Positions 43,665-52,076 of a DNA stretch of 64,000 nucleotides are shown here, one piece after another. How positions within the stretch are numbered: the first letter of the stretch is position 1; each line of letters starts with the position of its first letter. The notes below the pieces were generated by a model. That model saw only the letters and a program-made list of their open reading frames with translations. It was not told where the DNA came from and made no database searches. The stretch is taken from positions 11,718 to 75,717 of the forward strand of contig UQOG01000002.1 of assembly GCA_900542615.1 (NCBI GenBank), given 5' to 3'. The position numbers were made by a program, and so were the translations under genes. Origin of the DNA: an uncultured Eubacteriales bacterium. Lineage in GTDB: Bacteria; Bacillota; Clostridia; Christensenellales; CAG-138.

Positions 43665-45985
43665 TCCCGGCCAAGCATATCGGATTTTGTTTCGGGGTGG
43701 AGCGGGCCATCTCCCTGGCCAGGGAGGCTGCCGCAAAGGGCTGCGTCTATACCTACGGCGCCCTGATCCACAATGGGGACGTGATTGCCAGGCTGGAGCA
43801 GGAGGGCATCCATGCGGCGGAACGCTTGGAGGATATCCCGGAGGGGGCTACGGCGGTGATCCGCTCCCATGGCCTTTCTCCAACGGAACGGCGGGCATTG
43901 GAACGGCGGGCGGGCAAGGTATGGGACGCGACCTGCCCCTTTGTGGCCCGGATCCATAGCATCGTTGCGGAGCAGGCAGAAGCGGGCCGGACGATTCTGC
44001 TCTTCGGCGCGGCCGCCCATCCGGAGGTGCGGGGCATTGCCGGCTATGGGGAAAGGAGCCGGGTATATATCCTGGAAGGGGTGGAGGACGCCCGGGCGCT
44101 GCCGCCGGTGGACCAGGCTTGCCTGGTTTCCCAGACCACGGCCAAGGTGACGGATTTCCGGATGGTGGAAGAAATATTGCGAAAAAAGATAAAAGATTTG
44201 AAAGTATTTCATACCATCTGCACGGAGACCCAACAGCGGCAGGAAGAAGTGGAAACGCTAAGTAAAAAATGCACGCGCATATTGGTGGTTGGTGGACATA
44301 ATAGTTCTAATACGCAAAAGTTGGCTGCCGTATGCAAAAAAAACTGTAAACATGTGCAATCTATAGCCAACCTTGAAGAAGTTTTGCTTGAAAATATTGA
44401 TACAAATGATATAATAGGGGTTGTTGGAGGCGCGTCGACGCCGAATTGGATAATAATGGAGGTTATAACAAGGATGAGCGAACTGGAAAAGACGATGGCT
44501 GAAAGCCCCGAATTGGAAAAGGTAGAGGCGGAGGAAGCAGCTACCGTCGAGACGTCCGTGCCGGCCGAGGCCGCCGCAGCGGAGCCTGTGGAAGCCCCCG
44601 CGGCGGAAGCACCTGTAGCCGAAGAAGCGGCCGAACCCAGCTTTGAGGAAGCATTCGAAAAGACCTTGGTTCGTATTCGGAATGGGCAGATCATCAAGGG
44701 CACGGTGCTTCAAATTGTAAATGGTGAAGTTGGTATTGATATCGGCTACAAAGCGGATGGCTATATCCCACGGAGCGAATTCTCTGCTGACCCCGATGTC
44801 GATCCCGCGGATACCATCAAGGTGGGCGATGAGATCGAGGTGGAAGTCCTCAAGGTAAACGACGGCGAAGGTAACGTGCTTCTCTCCCGCAAGAATGTAG
44901 AGAGCAAAAAGCTTTGGGACAACCTGATGGAGGATGAGGACATCCAAAATAAGGTGTTCGAAGGCGTTGGTAAGGAAGTGGTCAAGGGCGGCCTGATCGC
45001 CACCATCGAAGGCATTCGCGCCTTTATCCCCGCTTCCCAGCTTTCCACCAAATATGTTGAGAACATCGGCGACTATGTAGGCCAGACGTTGAGCCTCAAG
45101 GTCATCGAAGTGGACAAGGCCCGCAAGCGCATCGTGGCTTCCCACAAGGCCGTTATGCTGGAAGAGGCGGAAGCCCGCCGCAAGGAGCTGTGGAGCAAGC
45201 TGGTGGTCGGTTCCAAGGTGCATGGCGTGGTTCGCCGCATCACCGACTTCGGCGCGTTTGTGGATATCGGCGGCATCGACGGCCTGGTGCATGTGACCGA
45301 CGTGGCCTGGGGCCGGGTCAAGCATCCTTCCGACGTGCTGTCCATCGGCCAGGAAATCGAAGTCCTCATCCGGGATGTGGATGTGGAAAAGCAGCGGGTA
45401 TCCCTGGGCTATAAGCAGCTGCAGCCCAAGCCCTGGACCATGGCGGATCAGAAGTATCCCGTTGGCTCCATCGTAGAGGGCAAGGTGGTGCGCATCGTAC
45501 CCTTTGGCGCCTTTGTGGCACTGGAGCCCACCATCGACGGCCTGATCCACATTTCCCAAGTGGGCGTCAAGCGGATCGAAAAGGTAGAAGACGAGATCAA
45601 CGTGGGCGACATGGTTCGCTGCAAGGTGCTGGATGTAAATCCCGAGGCTAAGCGCATCAGCCTGAGCCGGCGGGAAGTCATCCTGGAGGAGAATCCTGAG
45701 ATCGCTGAGCAGCTGGCTGCCGAGCGCGCCGAGCGGGAGCGCATCGCCCAGGAGCGGGCTGAGCAGCGGGCCGCGGCCAACGAAGCCCGCGCCCGTCAGC
45801 AGCAGGAGCGCAGCGAGCGCAGTGAGCGGGCCGAGCGGGTCGAGCGGGCTGAGCGCGCCACCTCCGGCGAGCGCCGGGAGCGCCGTCCCCGCCGGGAGGA
45901 CGCGGATTACGATCTGCCTCCCGTACAGCAGTCCACCACTTCCTTGGCGGATCTGTTCTCCGGCTTCAAGCCCATGGACGAGTAA
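43655..45985 (+). CDS. ispH: bifunctional 4-hydroxy-3-methylbut-2-enyl diphosphate reductase (IspH) / ribosomal protein S1-like fusion
   Basis: Residues 1 to about 280 are IspH (GFCFGVERA, IHNGDV, TCPFV, GGHNSSNT). An acidic linker follows, then four S1 domains (e.g. GKVVRIVPFGAFVAL) and an Arg/Glu-rich tail. Confidence 0.88.
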   Translation: MQVIPAKHIGFCFGVERAISLAREAAAKGCVYTYGALIHNGDVIARLEQEGIHAAERLEDIPEGATAVIRSHGLSPTERRALERRAGKVWDATCPFVARIHSIVAEQAEAGRTILLFGAAAHPEVRGIAGYGERSRVYILEGVEDARALPPVDQACLVSQTTAKVTDFRMVEEILRKKIKDLKVFHTICTETQQRQEEVETLSKKCTRILVVGGHNSSNTQKLAAVCKKNCKHVQSIANLEEVLLENIDTNDIIGVVGGASTPNWIIMEVITRMSELEKTMAESPELEKVEAEEAATVETSVPAEAAAAEPVEAPAAEAPVAEEAAEPSFEEAFEKTLVRIRNGQIIKGTVLQIVNGEVGIDIGYKADGYIPRSEFSADPDVDPADTIKVGDEIEVEVLKVNDGEGNVLLSRKNVESKKLWDNLMEDEDIQNKVFEGVGKEVVKGGLIATIEGIRAFIPASQLSTKYVENIGDYVGQTLSLKVIEVDKARKRIVASHKAVMLEEAEARRKELWSKLVVGSKVHGVVRRITDFGAFVDIGGIDGLVHVTDVAWGRVKHPSDVLSIGQEIEVLIRDVDVEKQRVSLGYKQLQPKPWTMADQKYPVGSIVEGKVVRIVPFGAFVALEPTIDGLIHISQVGVKRIEKVEDEINVGDMVRCKVLDVNPEAKRISLSRREVILEENPEIAEQLAAERAERERIAQERAEQRAAANEARARQQQERSERSERAERVERAERATSGERRERRPRREDADYDLPPVQQSTTSLADLFSGFKPMDE

Positions 45986-46001
45986 CGGGATAATGCATAG
46001 C

Positions 46002-46030
46002 AAAAGCCCCCAAGTTTTGGGGGCTTTTTT
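46002..46030. terminator. bidirectional rho-independent terminator between ispH-S1 (+) and cls (-)
   Basis: AAAAGCCCCCAA-gtt-TTGGGGGCTTTTTT. The A-run on one side and T-run on the other let it act on both convergent genes. Confidence 0.8.
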
Positions 46031-46127
46031 CTGTGGCAAGGGCGCGGCGCAGAGGGCTTTATGGAAGGGGATTGGCCCTTGGCCGGCTATTGGATGCGCT
46101 TTGCAAAACGGATCCGACGAGGCCGCC

Positions 46128-47669
46128 CTAGAGTAGGGGGGCGAACAAGCGGAGCACTTGCTGGGTGATCCGGTAGAAGAACCCGCCCTTGCACTCTTCC
46201 AGGCGCACCAGATGGCATTTTTGCAGGATATTCAGATAGTCCGCCTTGATGTCTTGGATGCAAGGGCAATCATACAGCAGGCACCCGCATTCAAAATGCA
46301 GATACAGGCTGCGATAATCCATATTGACGCTACCCACGGAGGCGATGCTGTCATCGGAAACGGACACCTTTGCGTGCATGAATCCCGGCGTAAATTCATA
46401 AATGCGCACCCCGGCTTCGATCAGCTCCGGATAATAGGAACGGGTGGTTTGATGGACGGGGGGTTTATCCGGGATGTAGGGGGTAATGATCCGCACATCC
46501 ACGCCGCTTTTGGCGGCCAGGGTTAGGGCCCGCATCAGGATATCGTCTATGATAAGGTAGGGCGTGGCGATATACACATAGTCCTGGGCGGACTGGATGA
46601 TACGAAGATAGGCGCTATGGCCGGTAAGCTCCTGGTCCATGGGGCTGTCCGCATAGGGCTGGACAATGCCCTGGCTGTCCTGGGAGAGAGGGGGAAGGTC
46701 CGTAGGATACAGGCTTAGCACCGAGCTGAGGTCCAGCTCTTCCCAATAATCCCACAGCTGCAAAAACATCAGCGTAAAGCTCCAGGCAGCCTTCCCTTGA
46801 AGGCATAGAGCAGCATCCTGCCAATAGCCGTGCTTTTCATAGGCGTTGATATATTCATCCGCCAGGTTTGCGCCTCCTGTAAACGCCACTTTGCCGTCGA
46901 TCACCAGGATCTTGCGGTGGTCCCGCTGGTTTTGCACTGAGGACAGGAAGGGCTGGAAGGGATGAAACTTGCGGCATTGAATGCCTTTGGCTTCCAGGGT
47001 TTTATGGTAGTTGGAGGGCAGAGTCAAAAAGCAGCCCACATCGTCGTACATGATCCGCACGTCCACGCCTTCTTTGGCTTTACGCTCCAGGATCTCCAAT
47101 ACGGAATTCCACATGGTGCCTTCTTCGATGATGAAGAATTCCAGGAAGATGTATTTTTCGGCTTTTTCCAGCTCCGGCAGGAGCCGGGAGAAAAATACCT
47201 GGCCAGGGCTTAGGTATTCGCTTTGGGTATGGTCGTAAGCAGGGTAGCCGCAGGTGCCGTGCATATATTTGAGCAAAGGGCTGTACTTTCCCACGTTTCC
47301 GGAAAAGGCCATGCCGGATTCCGCGTTGGGCAGGTAGAAAATAGGCCGCAATACATCCCGACGCCTGGCCAAAAGCTTGCGCACATAATTGGTGCCCCTT
47401 TGCAGGCTATATAAAAGGTAGAGCAATCCGCCCACGATGGGTACCAGCAGAATCAAAAACACCCATGTTAATTTGGCGTTGGGGTCCCCTTGCTTGGAAA
47501 TGATATGGAGCACTGTGCCGATGCTGATCACGGTCAACAAGCCCCGGAGGACTTCCGAGGTGGCGGAGGTACTGCTGATCAGGTAAAACAAAAAACCCGC
47601 CTGTAACAGGATTAAGATGGTCACAAAAAGCCTGCGTCGTACCAGGGCGCGTTTCCATTTCTGCTTCAT
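46128..47669 (-). CDS. cls: cardiolipin synthase
   Basis: Two N-terminal TM helices and two PLD HKD motifs (HRKILVIDGKVAFTGGANL and MHAKVSVSDDSIASVGSVNMD). Start set to ATG 47669 (MKQKWKR) with a GGGGAG SD. Confidence 0.88.
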   Translation of the reverse strand: MKQKWKRALVRRRLFVTILILLQAGFLFYLISSTSATSEVLRGLLTVISIGTVLHIISKQGDPNAKLTWVFLILLVPIVGGLLYLLYSLQRGTNYVRKLLARRRDVLRPIFYLPNAESGMAFSGNVGKYSPLLKYMHGTCGYPAYDHTQSEYLSPGQVFFSRLLPELEKAEKYIFLEFFIIEEGTMWNSVLEILERKAKEGVDVRIMYDDVGCFLTLPSNYHKTLEAKGIQCRKFHPFQPFLSSVQNQRDHRKILVIDGKVAFTGGANLADEYINAYEKHGYWQDAALCLQGKAAWSFTLMFLQLWDYWEELDLSSVLSLYPTDLPPLSQDSQGIVQPYADSPMDQELTGHSAYLRIIQSAQDYVYIATPYLIIDDILMRALTLAAKSGVDVRIITPYIPDKPPVHQTTRSYYPELIEAGVRIYEFTPGFMHAKVSVSDDSIASVGSVNMDYRSLYLHFECGCLLYDCPCIQDIKADYLNILQKCHLVRLEECKGGFFYRITQQVLRLFAPLL

Positions 47670-47742
47670 GCATCTCCCCAAGCTCCATGCGTTCATTTTG
47701 GCGCAGCGATTCGCCGCCCTTGCACAAGCCTTGATACAAATC

Positions 47743-47771
47743 ATTATAGCAGAAGAACAGCCTGCTGCCTA
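47743..47771 (-). promoter_or_regulatory. extended -10 promoter candidate for cls
   Basis: On the minus strand: TAGGCA, a 17-nt spacer, then TATAAT with a TG extension (TGCTATAAT), about 75 nt upstream of ATG 47669. Confidence 0.5.
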
Positions 47772-47807
47772 GCGTTTCCAGGACGCGGGCTATTCCCGGC
47801 CCATTTT

Positions 47808-47833
47808 GCGAAAACAGGACTGTCTCGTCCTGT
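47808..47833 (-). terminator. orphan minus-strand hairpin with short T-tract upstream of the cls promoter
   Basis: On the minus strand: ACAGGAC-gagaca-GTCCTGT, followed by TTTCGCAAAA. No annotated minus-strand gene lies upstream of it. Confidence 0.35.
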
Positions 47834-48216
47834 AGAAATAAGCCCTTCGGGAGAGCCACGTTAGGGAACCCCCTTAAGAAAGGGCGGAGAAAGGACGCTG
47901 CAAAAGGAACACAGGCATACTGGGACGCCACCTTGCCGTTGTGGAGGATGCCCAGCCGGCGTGCGCCCCCCGGTTCATGCGACGATAAATGGCCCTGTGT
48001 CAATCCGGCTCAACCGAAGCGACGGCGTTTACAGGCAGGCCGAACAAAACGGCGAGCCAAGGCTGTTAAACGCAGCGCATTTCTTATGGCGCCGCTCCTT
48101 TATGGACGGCGCCGTAAGAAAACCATTTGAATGGATCGGCAAAGGCATGGATTTCCGCTGTGCAACGGGGCGGGGAACGGCCTTTGACATAAATCGATCC
48201 GTTTGATATTTTAGCC

Positions 48217-48245
48217 TTGACAATCGAATAAGAAAATGGTAAGAT
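48217..48245 (+). promoter_or_regulatory. sigma-A-type promoter of tRNA-Pro
   Basis: TTGACA (48217..48222), a 17-nt spacer, then TAAGAT (48240..48245), 20 nt upstream of the tRNA 5' end. Confidence 0.55.
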
Positions 48246-48265
48246 TATCATCGTTCGAGTGAGAT

Positions 48266-48342
48266 CTGGGTGTGGCGCAGTTTGGTAGCGTGCTTGAATG
48301 GGGTTCAAGAGGCCGGAGGTTCAAATCCTCTCACCCAGACCA
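48266..48342 (+). tRNA. tRNA-Pro (anticodon GGG)
   Basis: Cloverleaf folded by hand. Acceptor CTGGGTG/CACCCAG, D-arm GCGC..GCGT, anticodon stem CTTGA/TCAAG with loop A-U-GGG-G-U, T-arm GGAGG-TTCAAAT-CCTCT, and an encoded 3' CCA. Confidence 0.9.
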
Positions 48343-48344
48343 AA

Positions 48345-48369
48345 ACAGGATCCGGTGGGTCCTGTTTTT
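48345..48369 (+). terminator. rho-independent terminator after tRNA-Pro
   Basis: ACAGGA(T)CC-ggtg-GG(G)TCCTGT, followed by TTTTT. Confidence 0.6.
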
Positions 48370-48505
48370 ATTTTGCTTGCAGGTTGTTCGAAGGCTGGGT
48401 CCGATTGCGGCCAAACATAAATCAACGGGAAACGCATAAATTTTTACTTGCCTTTTTCAGGAAAGATGCTACCCTTGTATTCGAAGGGAAAGAAAGGGAA
48501 CCCGT

Positions 48506-49267
48506 ATGGATTATGATATGCTTGTGAATTTGGCCATGGAAATGGGCTGTACCCTTATGGCCAGCGGCGCGGAAATATACCGAGTGGAGGAATCCCTAAA
48601 CCGGCTTCTGGCAGCCTATGGCCGGCAGGACGCTCAGGTGTTCGCCATCCCCAGCTGCCTGATCGTCAGCTTGCAGGGGGAGGGCGGCCGTTCGGTGACC
48701 CGTATGTCCAGGATCCCGGCCCATGGGACGGATATCGAGCTCTTGGAACGGTGCAACGATCTATGCCGGCGCCTGTGCCAGCAGACGCCGCCCCTGGAAG
48801 AGGGGATCGCATCGGTGGATGCTTTGCGCATAGGCGCAAGGCGGTATCGGCCCATGCAGACCCTGTTCGGCTATGCGTTGGCCCCGGCTTCCTTTACCGC
48901 CCTGTTTGGCGGGGATCTGTGGGATAGCTTATGCGCGTTCCTATGCGGCGGCCTGGTGGGCTTGTGCTTGCAGGGGGGCGTAAAGTGGATGGGCCGCAAT
49001 GTGTTTTTGCGGACCGTGGTATGCAGCGGGATCGCTGCGCTGCTTGCCTTGCTGCTATTCAACCTGGGCCTGGGCAACAATGTGGACCTGATCACCATCG
49101 GTACGTTGATGCTGTTGGTGCCGGGTGTCGCCATAACCAATTCCATGTGGGAGCTGGTGGCGGGGGATACCTATTCCGGCCTGAGCCGGATGGCAGAGGC
49201 GATTTTGGTGGCCACTGCCATTGCGCTGGGAGCAGCGGCCGGGCTGGGGCTTGGACAGCTGCTTTAG
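48506..49267 (+). CDS. ThrE-family (DUF1212) threonine/serine exporter, large subunit
   Basis: Contains LAMEMGCTLMASGAEIYRVEESLNRLLAAYG and five C-terminal TM helices. 253 aa. Confidence 0.8.
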   Translation: MDYDMLVNLAMEMGCTLMASGAEIYRVEESLNRLLAAYGRQDAQVFAIPSCLIVSLQGEGGRSVTRMSRIPAHGTDIELLERCNDLCRRLCQQTPPLEEGIASVDALRIGARRYRPMQTLFGYALAPASFTALFGGDLWDSLCAFLCGGLVGLCLQGGVKWMGRNVFLRTVVCSGIAALLALLLFNLGLGNNVDLITIGTLMLLVPGVAITNSMWELVAGDTYSGLSRMAEAILVATAIALGAAAGLGLGQLL

Positions 49268-49285
49268 AAGCAAAGGAGGCGCTTG

Positions 49286-49747
49286 ATGGTTACCGGTCTG
49301 CTGGAGCTTTGCCAGCGTTTTATCCTGCCGTGTTTTTATGCCTTTTCCGCCTGCGTTGGCTTTACCCTGATCTTTAACGTTCACGGAAAGGGCAAGGTGA
49401 TCTGCGGGCTGGGAGGCGCCCTGGGATGGTTGGTCTATCTCCTGGTGGGGGAAAGCATCCTGGGGGCTTTTGTAGCTGCCCTGAGCATTGGGTTCTACTC
49501 GGAGATTATGGCCAGGCTTCGCCGTTACCCGGTGACAGGCTACCTTTTGATTTCCCTGTTGCCCCTGGTACCGGGGGGCGGCATTTATTACGCCATGCGC
49601 TACTGCGTGCTGGGGGATACGATGCTGTTTTTATCTACCCTACTGCACACCTTTGGCGTTGCCGCAGCCCTGGCAATAGGCGGGACCTTGTCATCCACCC
49701 TGTTCCGCAACGTCATCCTGCGGGCTTTGCCCCACAGAGGCGGATAG
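49286..49747 (+). CDS. ThrE-family (DUF3815) exporter, small subunit
   Basis: About 150-aa four-to-five-TM protein adjacent to the DUF1212 partner. ATG 49286 lies 6 nt after an AAAGGAGG SD. Confidence 0.8.
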   Translation: MVTGLLELCQRFILPCFYAFSACVGFTLIFNVHGKGKVICGLGGALGWLVYLLVGESILGAFVAALSIGFYSEIMARLRRYPVTGYLLISLLPLVPGGGIYYAMRYCVLGDTMLFLSTLLHTFGVAAALAIGGTLSSTLFRNVILRALPHRGG

Positions 49748-49874
49748 GGGGATGCAAGTTTCGGAAGGGGGAAACGGATGCAGGGAAGGTGTTCATTATT
49801 TAAGGAACGATCTGTTGGTTTCGTGTTTACCGCTTACAACCCAGGCGTTAATTTATTTTTTTGCTGAAAAAACA

Positions 49875-49903
49875 TTGACCATCCGATCGTAACATGATAT
49901 AAC
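49875..49903 (+). promoter_or_regulatory. sigma-A-type promoter (extended -10) of the atp operon
   Basis: TTGACC (49875..49880), a 17-nt spacer ending in TG-A, then TATAAC (49898..49903). Confidence 0.55.
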
Positions 49904-49959
49904 GAAAAATGTATTTTTGCCCTTGCGCCTTGGTTTGCAGGGCAAACGGAGGGATTATC

Positions 49960-50223
49960 ATGCTGGGCGCGGCCTTGGGCGGAATAACGGGAGGCATACA
50001 GCTGTATCTGCTGATACTGGTTGCGGCCTCGGTAGAACAATGCAGTGTCAAAATATGGCCGCTGGTGGTGCAGTTCTTTTGCCCGATGATCGGCCTTGGC
50101 CTGTGCGCCATCCTATGGCGCAGCCAGATCTTACACTGTGCAATCGCCATGTCCGGGGTGCTCCTGGTGGGGGCTTTGGTAAAATGTATTGGTGTGCGCA
50201 GGAGAAAGAAGGATAGGGAATGA
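49960..50223 (+). CDS. small membrane protein, AtpI/AtpZ-like by position
   Basis: 87 aa with two to three hydrophobic helices and a basic tail (RRRKKDRE). First ORF of the atp operon. AACGGAGGG SD before ATG 49960 and an ATGA overlap with atpB. Confidence 0.45.
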   Translation: MLGAALGGITGGIQLYLLILVAASVEQCSVKIWPLVVQFFCPMIGLGLCAILWRSQILHCAIAMSGVLLVGALVKCIGVRRRKKDRE

Positions 50224-51101
50224 AATTGCTTGGTGAGTATTGGCTGTTGATCCTGGGCCTGCTAATGGGGATCGGCGGCTGGAGTTGGCGCCGGGCGCTG
50301 GGAAAGGGTGAGATATCCAAAAGCCGGAAAAAGAAAAGGCTTTGGGCTACCATTCTGATGCTGGCAGGCGGCTGGTGCTTTATGGTGCGGCTGTTGCAGC
50401 TGGTGTTCGGCACAAAGGAGGCGGAGGCCTTTTCCGTGAGCATATGGGCGCCCAGGATGCAGCTGGGCGGCATGACCATCAGTTCCACGGTGGTGGTCAC
50501 CTGGGTGGTAATGGGCGTCCTGCTGCTGCTGGCCTTGCTGATCCGCATCTTTGTGATCCCCCATATGACCGACCGGCCCCATGGCGTACAAAACGTATTG
50601 GAGATCGCCGTGGAAGCCCTTTGCAAATATACCAAGAGCAACGTGGGGGACCTGGGGGATAACCTGCCTGCGTATTTGTTCACCGTAGCGGCCTTTATGA
50701 TCGGCTGCGCTTCGGTGGAGCTGATGGGAGTACGGGCGCCTACGGCGGATATCACCATGACCTTTGCCATGGCCCTGATCACCTTTGTGCTGATCAACTA
50801 TTACGGCATACGCAAAAAGGGCGTTTTCGGCCGGATCCGGTCCATGGCCCAGCCTACGCCCGTGGTGTTCCCCATCAAGATCGTTTCGGATTGCGCCGTT
50901 CCGGTATCCATGGCGTGCCGGCTGTTCGGCAACATGCTGGGCGGCATGATCGTAATGGATCTATTGTATTCCGCGTTGGGCAATGCCGCTGTGGGCATCC
51001 CCAGCGTGGTGGGCCTGTATTTCAATGTGTTCCACCCCTTGATTCAGGCGTATATCTTTATTACCCTGACCCTTACCTTTATCCACGAGGCCGTGGAATA
51101 A
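50220..51101 (+). CDS. atpB: F-type ATP synthase Fo subunit a
   Basis: C-terminal core SMACRLFGNMLGGMIVMDLLY...FNVFHPLIQAYIFITLTLTFI carries the essential Arg. The N-terminus has about 55 extra residues with two hydrophobic helices; internal start M55 is possible. Confidence 0.88.
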   Translation: MKLLGEYWLLILGLLMGIGGWSWRRALGKGEISKSRKKKRLWATILMLAGGWCFMVRLLQLVFGTKEAEAFSVSIWAPRMQLGGMTISSTVVVTWVVMGVLLLLALLIRIFVIPHMTDRPHGVQNVLEIAVEALCKYTKSNVGDLGDNLPAYLFTVAAFMIGCASVELMGVRAPTADITMTFAMALITFVLINYYGIRKKGVFGRIRSMAQPTPVVFPIKIVSDCAVPVSMACRLFGNMLGGMIVMDLLYSALGNAAVGIPSVVGLYFNVFHPLIQAYIFITLTLTFIHEAVE

Positions 51102-51143
51102 ACGATTGCTTTGCTACAACGATAAGATATGGAGGATATGACA

Positions 51144-51371
51144 ATGAATACTGGATTGACCGCCATCGCTGCCGCTCTGGCCCTGCTTCCCTGCACCGCT
51201 GCCGGCCTGGCCATGGGCCTTGCCACCGGCAAAGCCGTAGACGCCACCGCCCGTCAGCCGGAAGCTTCCGGAAAGATCAGCTCCACCCTGCTGTTGGGCC
51301 TGGCGCTTACCGAGTCCTGCGCGATTTACGGCTTTGTTTCCGCGCTGATCATTGCGTTTACAATGGCATAA
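51144..51371 (+). CDS. atpE: F-type ATP synthase Fo subunit c
   Basis: Hairpin protein with the loop ARQPE and carboxylate helix [24 protein letters not shown] 51144 lies 7 nt after a GGAGGA SD; the track start is 51129. Confidence 0.88.
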   Translation: MNTGLTAIAAALALLPCTAAGLAMGLATGKAVDATARQPEASGKISSTLLLGLALTESCAIYGFVSALIIAFTMA

Positions 51372-51383
51372 GGAGCGATCGCT

Positions 51384-52067
51384 GTGGAATTATACCCCAT
51401 TGATATTGCGATACATTTGCTGAATATTATCGTGCTGTACGTGCTGCTGCGGCTTCTGGTATGGAAGCCGGTGCGCAAGTTTATGGCGGGCCGGGAGGAA
51501 CGGATCCAATCCCAGCTGGACCAGGCGGAAAAGGCCCAGGCGGAAGCCCAGGCCGCCCAGGCGGAATATACGCAAAAGTTGGCCGCTGCCCAGGCGACCT
51601 GCGAGCAGCTCATGGCGGAGGGCCGCAAGCAAGCGGCTGTATCCGGCCAAAAAATATTAGCCCAGGCCCAGGAGGAAGCGGGCCGCATCCTGGAAAAGGC
51701 CCATGCCGACGCCCAGGAGGAAAAGGTGCGGGCCATGGATGACGCAAAGGGCGAGCTGGCCCACCTGGCGGTGGAGCTGGCGGGACGGGTGTTGCGCTTT
51801 GACGAGGAGACCAAGTCCCGCATTGCCCAGGGCCGCAGCGACCGGAAGGGAACGCGGGAGGGCGTGCTGAAAACCGCCCGCCCCCTATCCAGCCAGGAGC
51901 AGGCCCAGGTTACCGCCCAGCTGGAGGAGCTTTTGGGCTGCGGGCTGAAATTGGATTGCCAGGTAGACCCGCAGCTGATTGGCGGATACGCGGCCTACAT
52001 CGGGGGCAACGTATACGATTTCAGCTATGCTTCCCAGCTGGCTGCCATGAAGCAGCAGCTGGCGTAA
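51384..52067 (+). CDS. atpF: F-type ATP synthase subunit b fused to a delta (OSCP) C-terminal domain
   Basis: GTG start after an AAGGAG SD. Residues 1 to about 150 form a b subunit (TM helix plus a long A/E/Q-rich helix). The last ~65 residues (PLSSQEQAQVTAQLEELLG..LKLDCQVDPQLIGGYAAYIGGNVYDFSYASQL) match the delta C-terminal domain. There is no separate atpH. Confidence 0.8.
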   Translation: MELYPIDIAIHLLNIIVLYVLLRLLVWKPVRKFMAGREERIQSQLDQAEKAQAEAQAAQAEYTQKLAAAQATCEQLMAEGRKQAAVSGQKILAQAQEEAGRILEKAHADAQEEKVRAMDDAKGELAHLAVELAGRVLRFDEETKSRIAQGRSDRKGTREGVLKTARPLSSQEQAQVTAQLEELLGCGLKLDCQVDPQLIGGYAAYIGGNVYDFSYASQLAAMKQQLA

Positions 52068-52076
52068 GGGAGACGA

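Noticed and set aside
47940-47985. A ZTP (pfl) riboswitch-like fragment. On the minus strand, ACCGGGGGGCGCACGCCGGCTGGGCA recalls ..ACCGGGCGGA...CCGCCUGGGCA.
   Set aside because: The 5' GGGUCGUGAC-GGCG sub-domain is absent and the helices do not match. The downstream gene (cls) is also not in a purine or folate regulon.
51144-51371. A Na+-coupled ATP synthase, suggested by the Na+-pumping decarboxylase 13 kb upstream and by an E-S...Y pattern ([12 protein letters not shown]) in helix 2 of the c subunit.
   Set aside because: The helix-1 position that supplies the Gln ligand in Na+-binding c rings (I. tartaricus/P. modestum type, GVGQGYAAGKA) is Met here ([11 protein letters not shown]), and the Thr after Ser is Cys. 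The motif is incomplete, so ion specificity cannot be called from the sequence.
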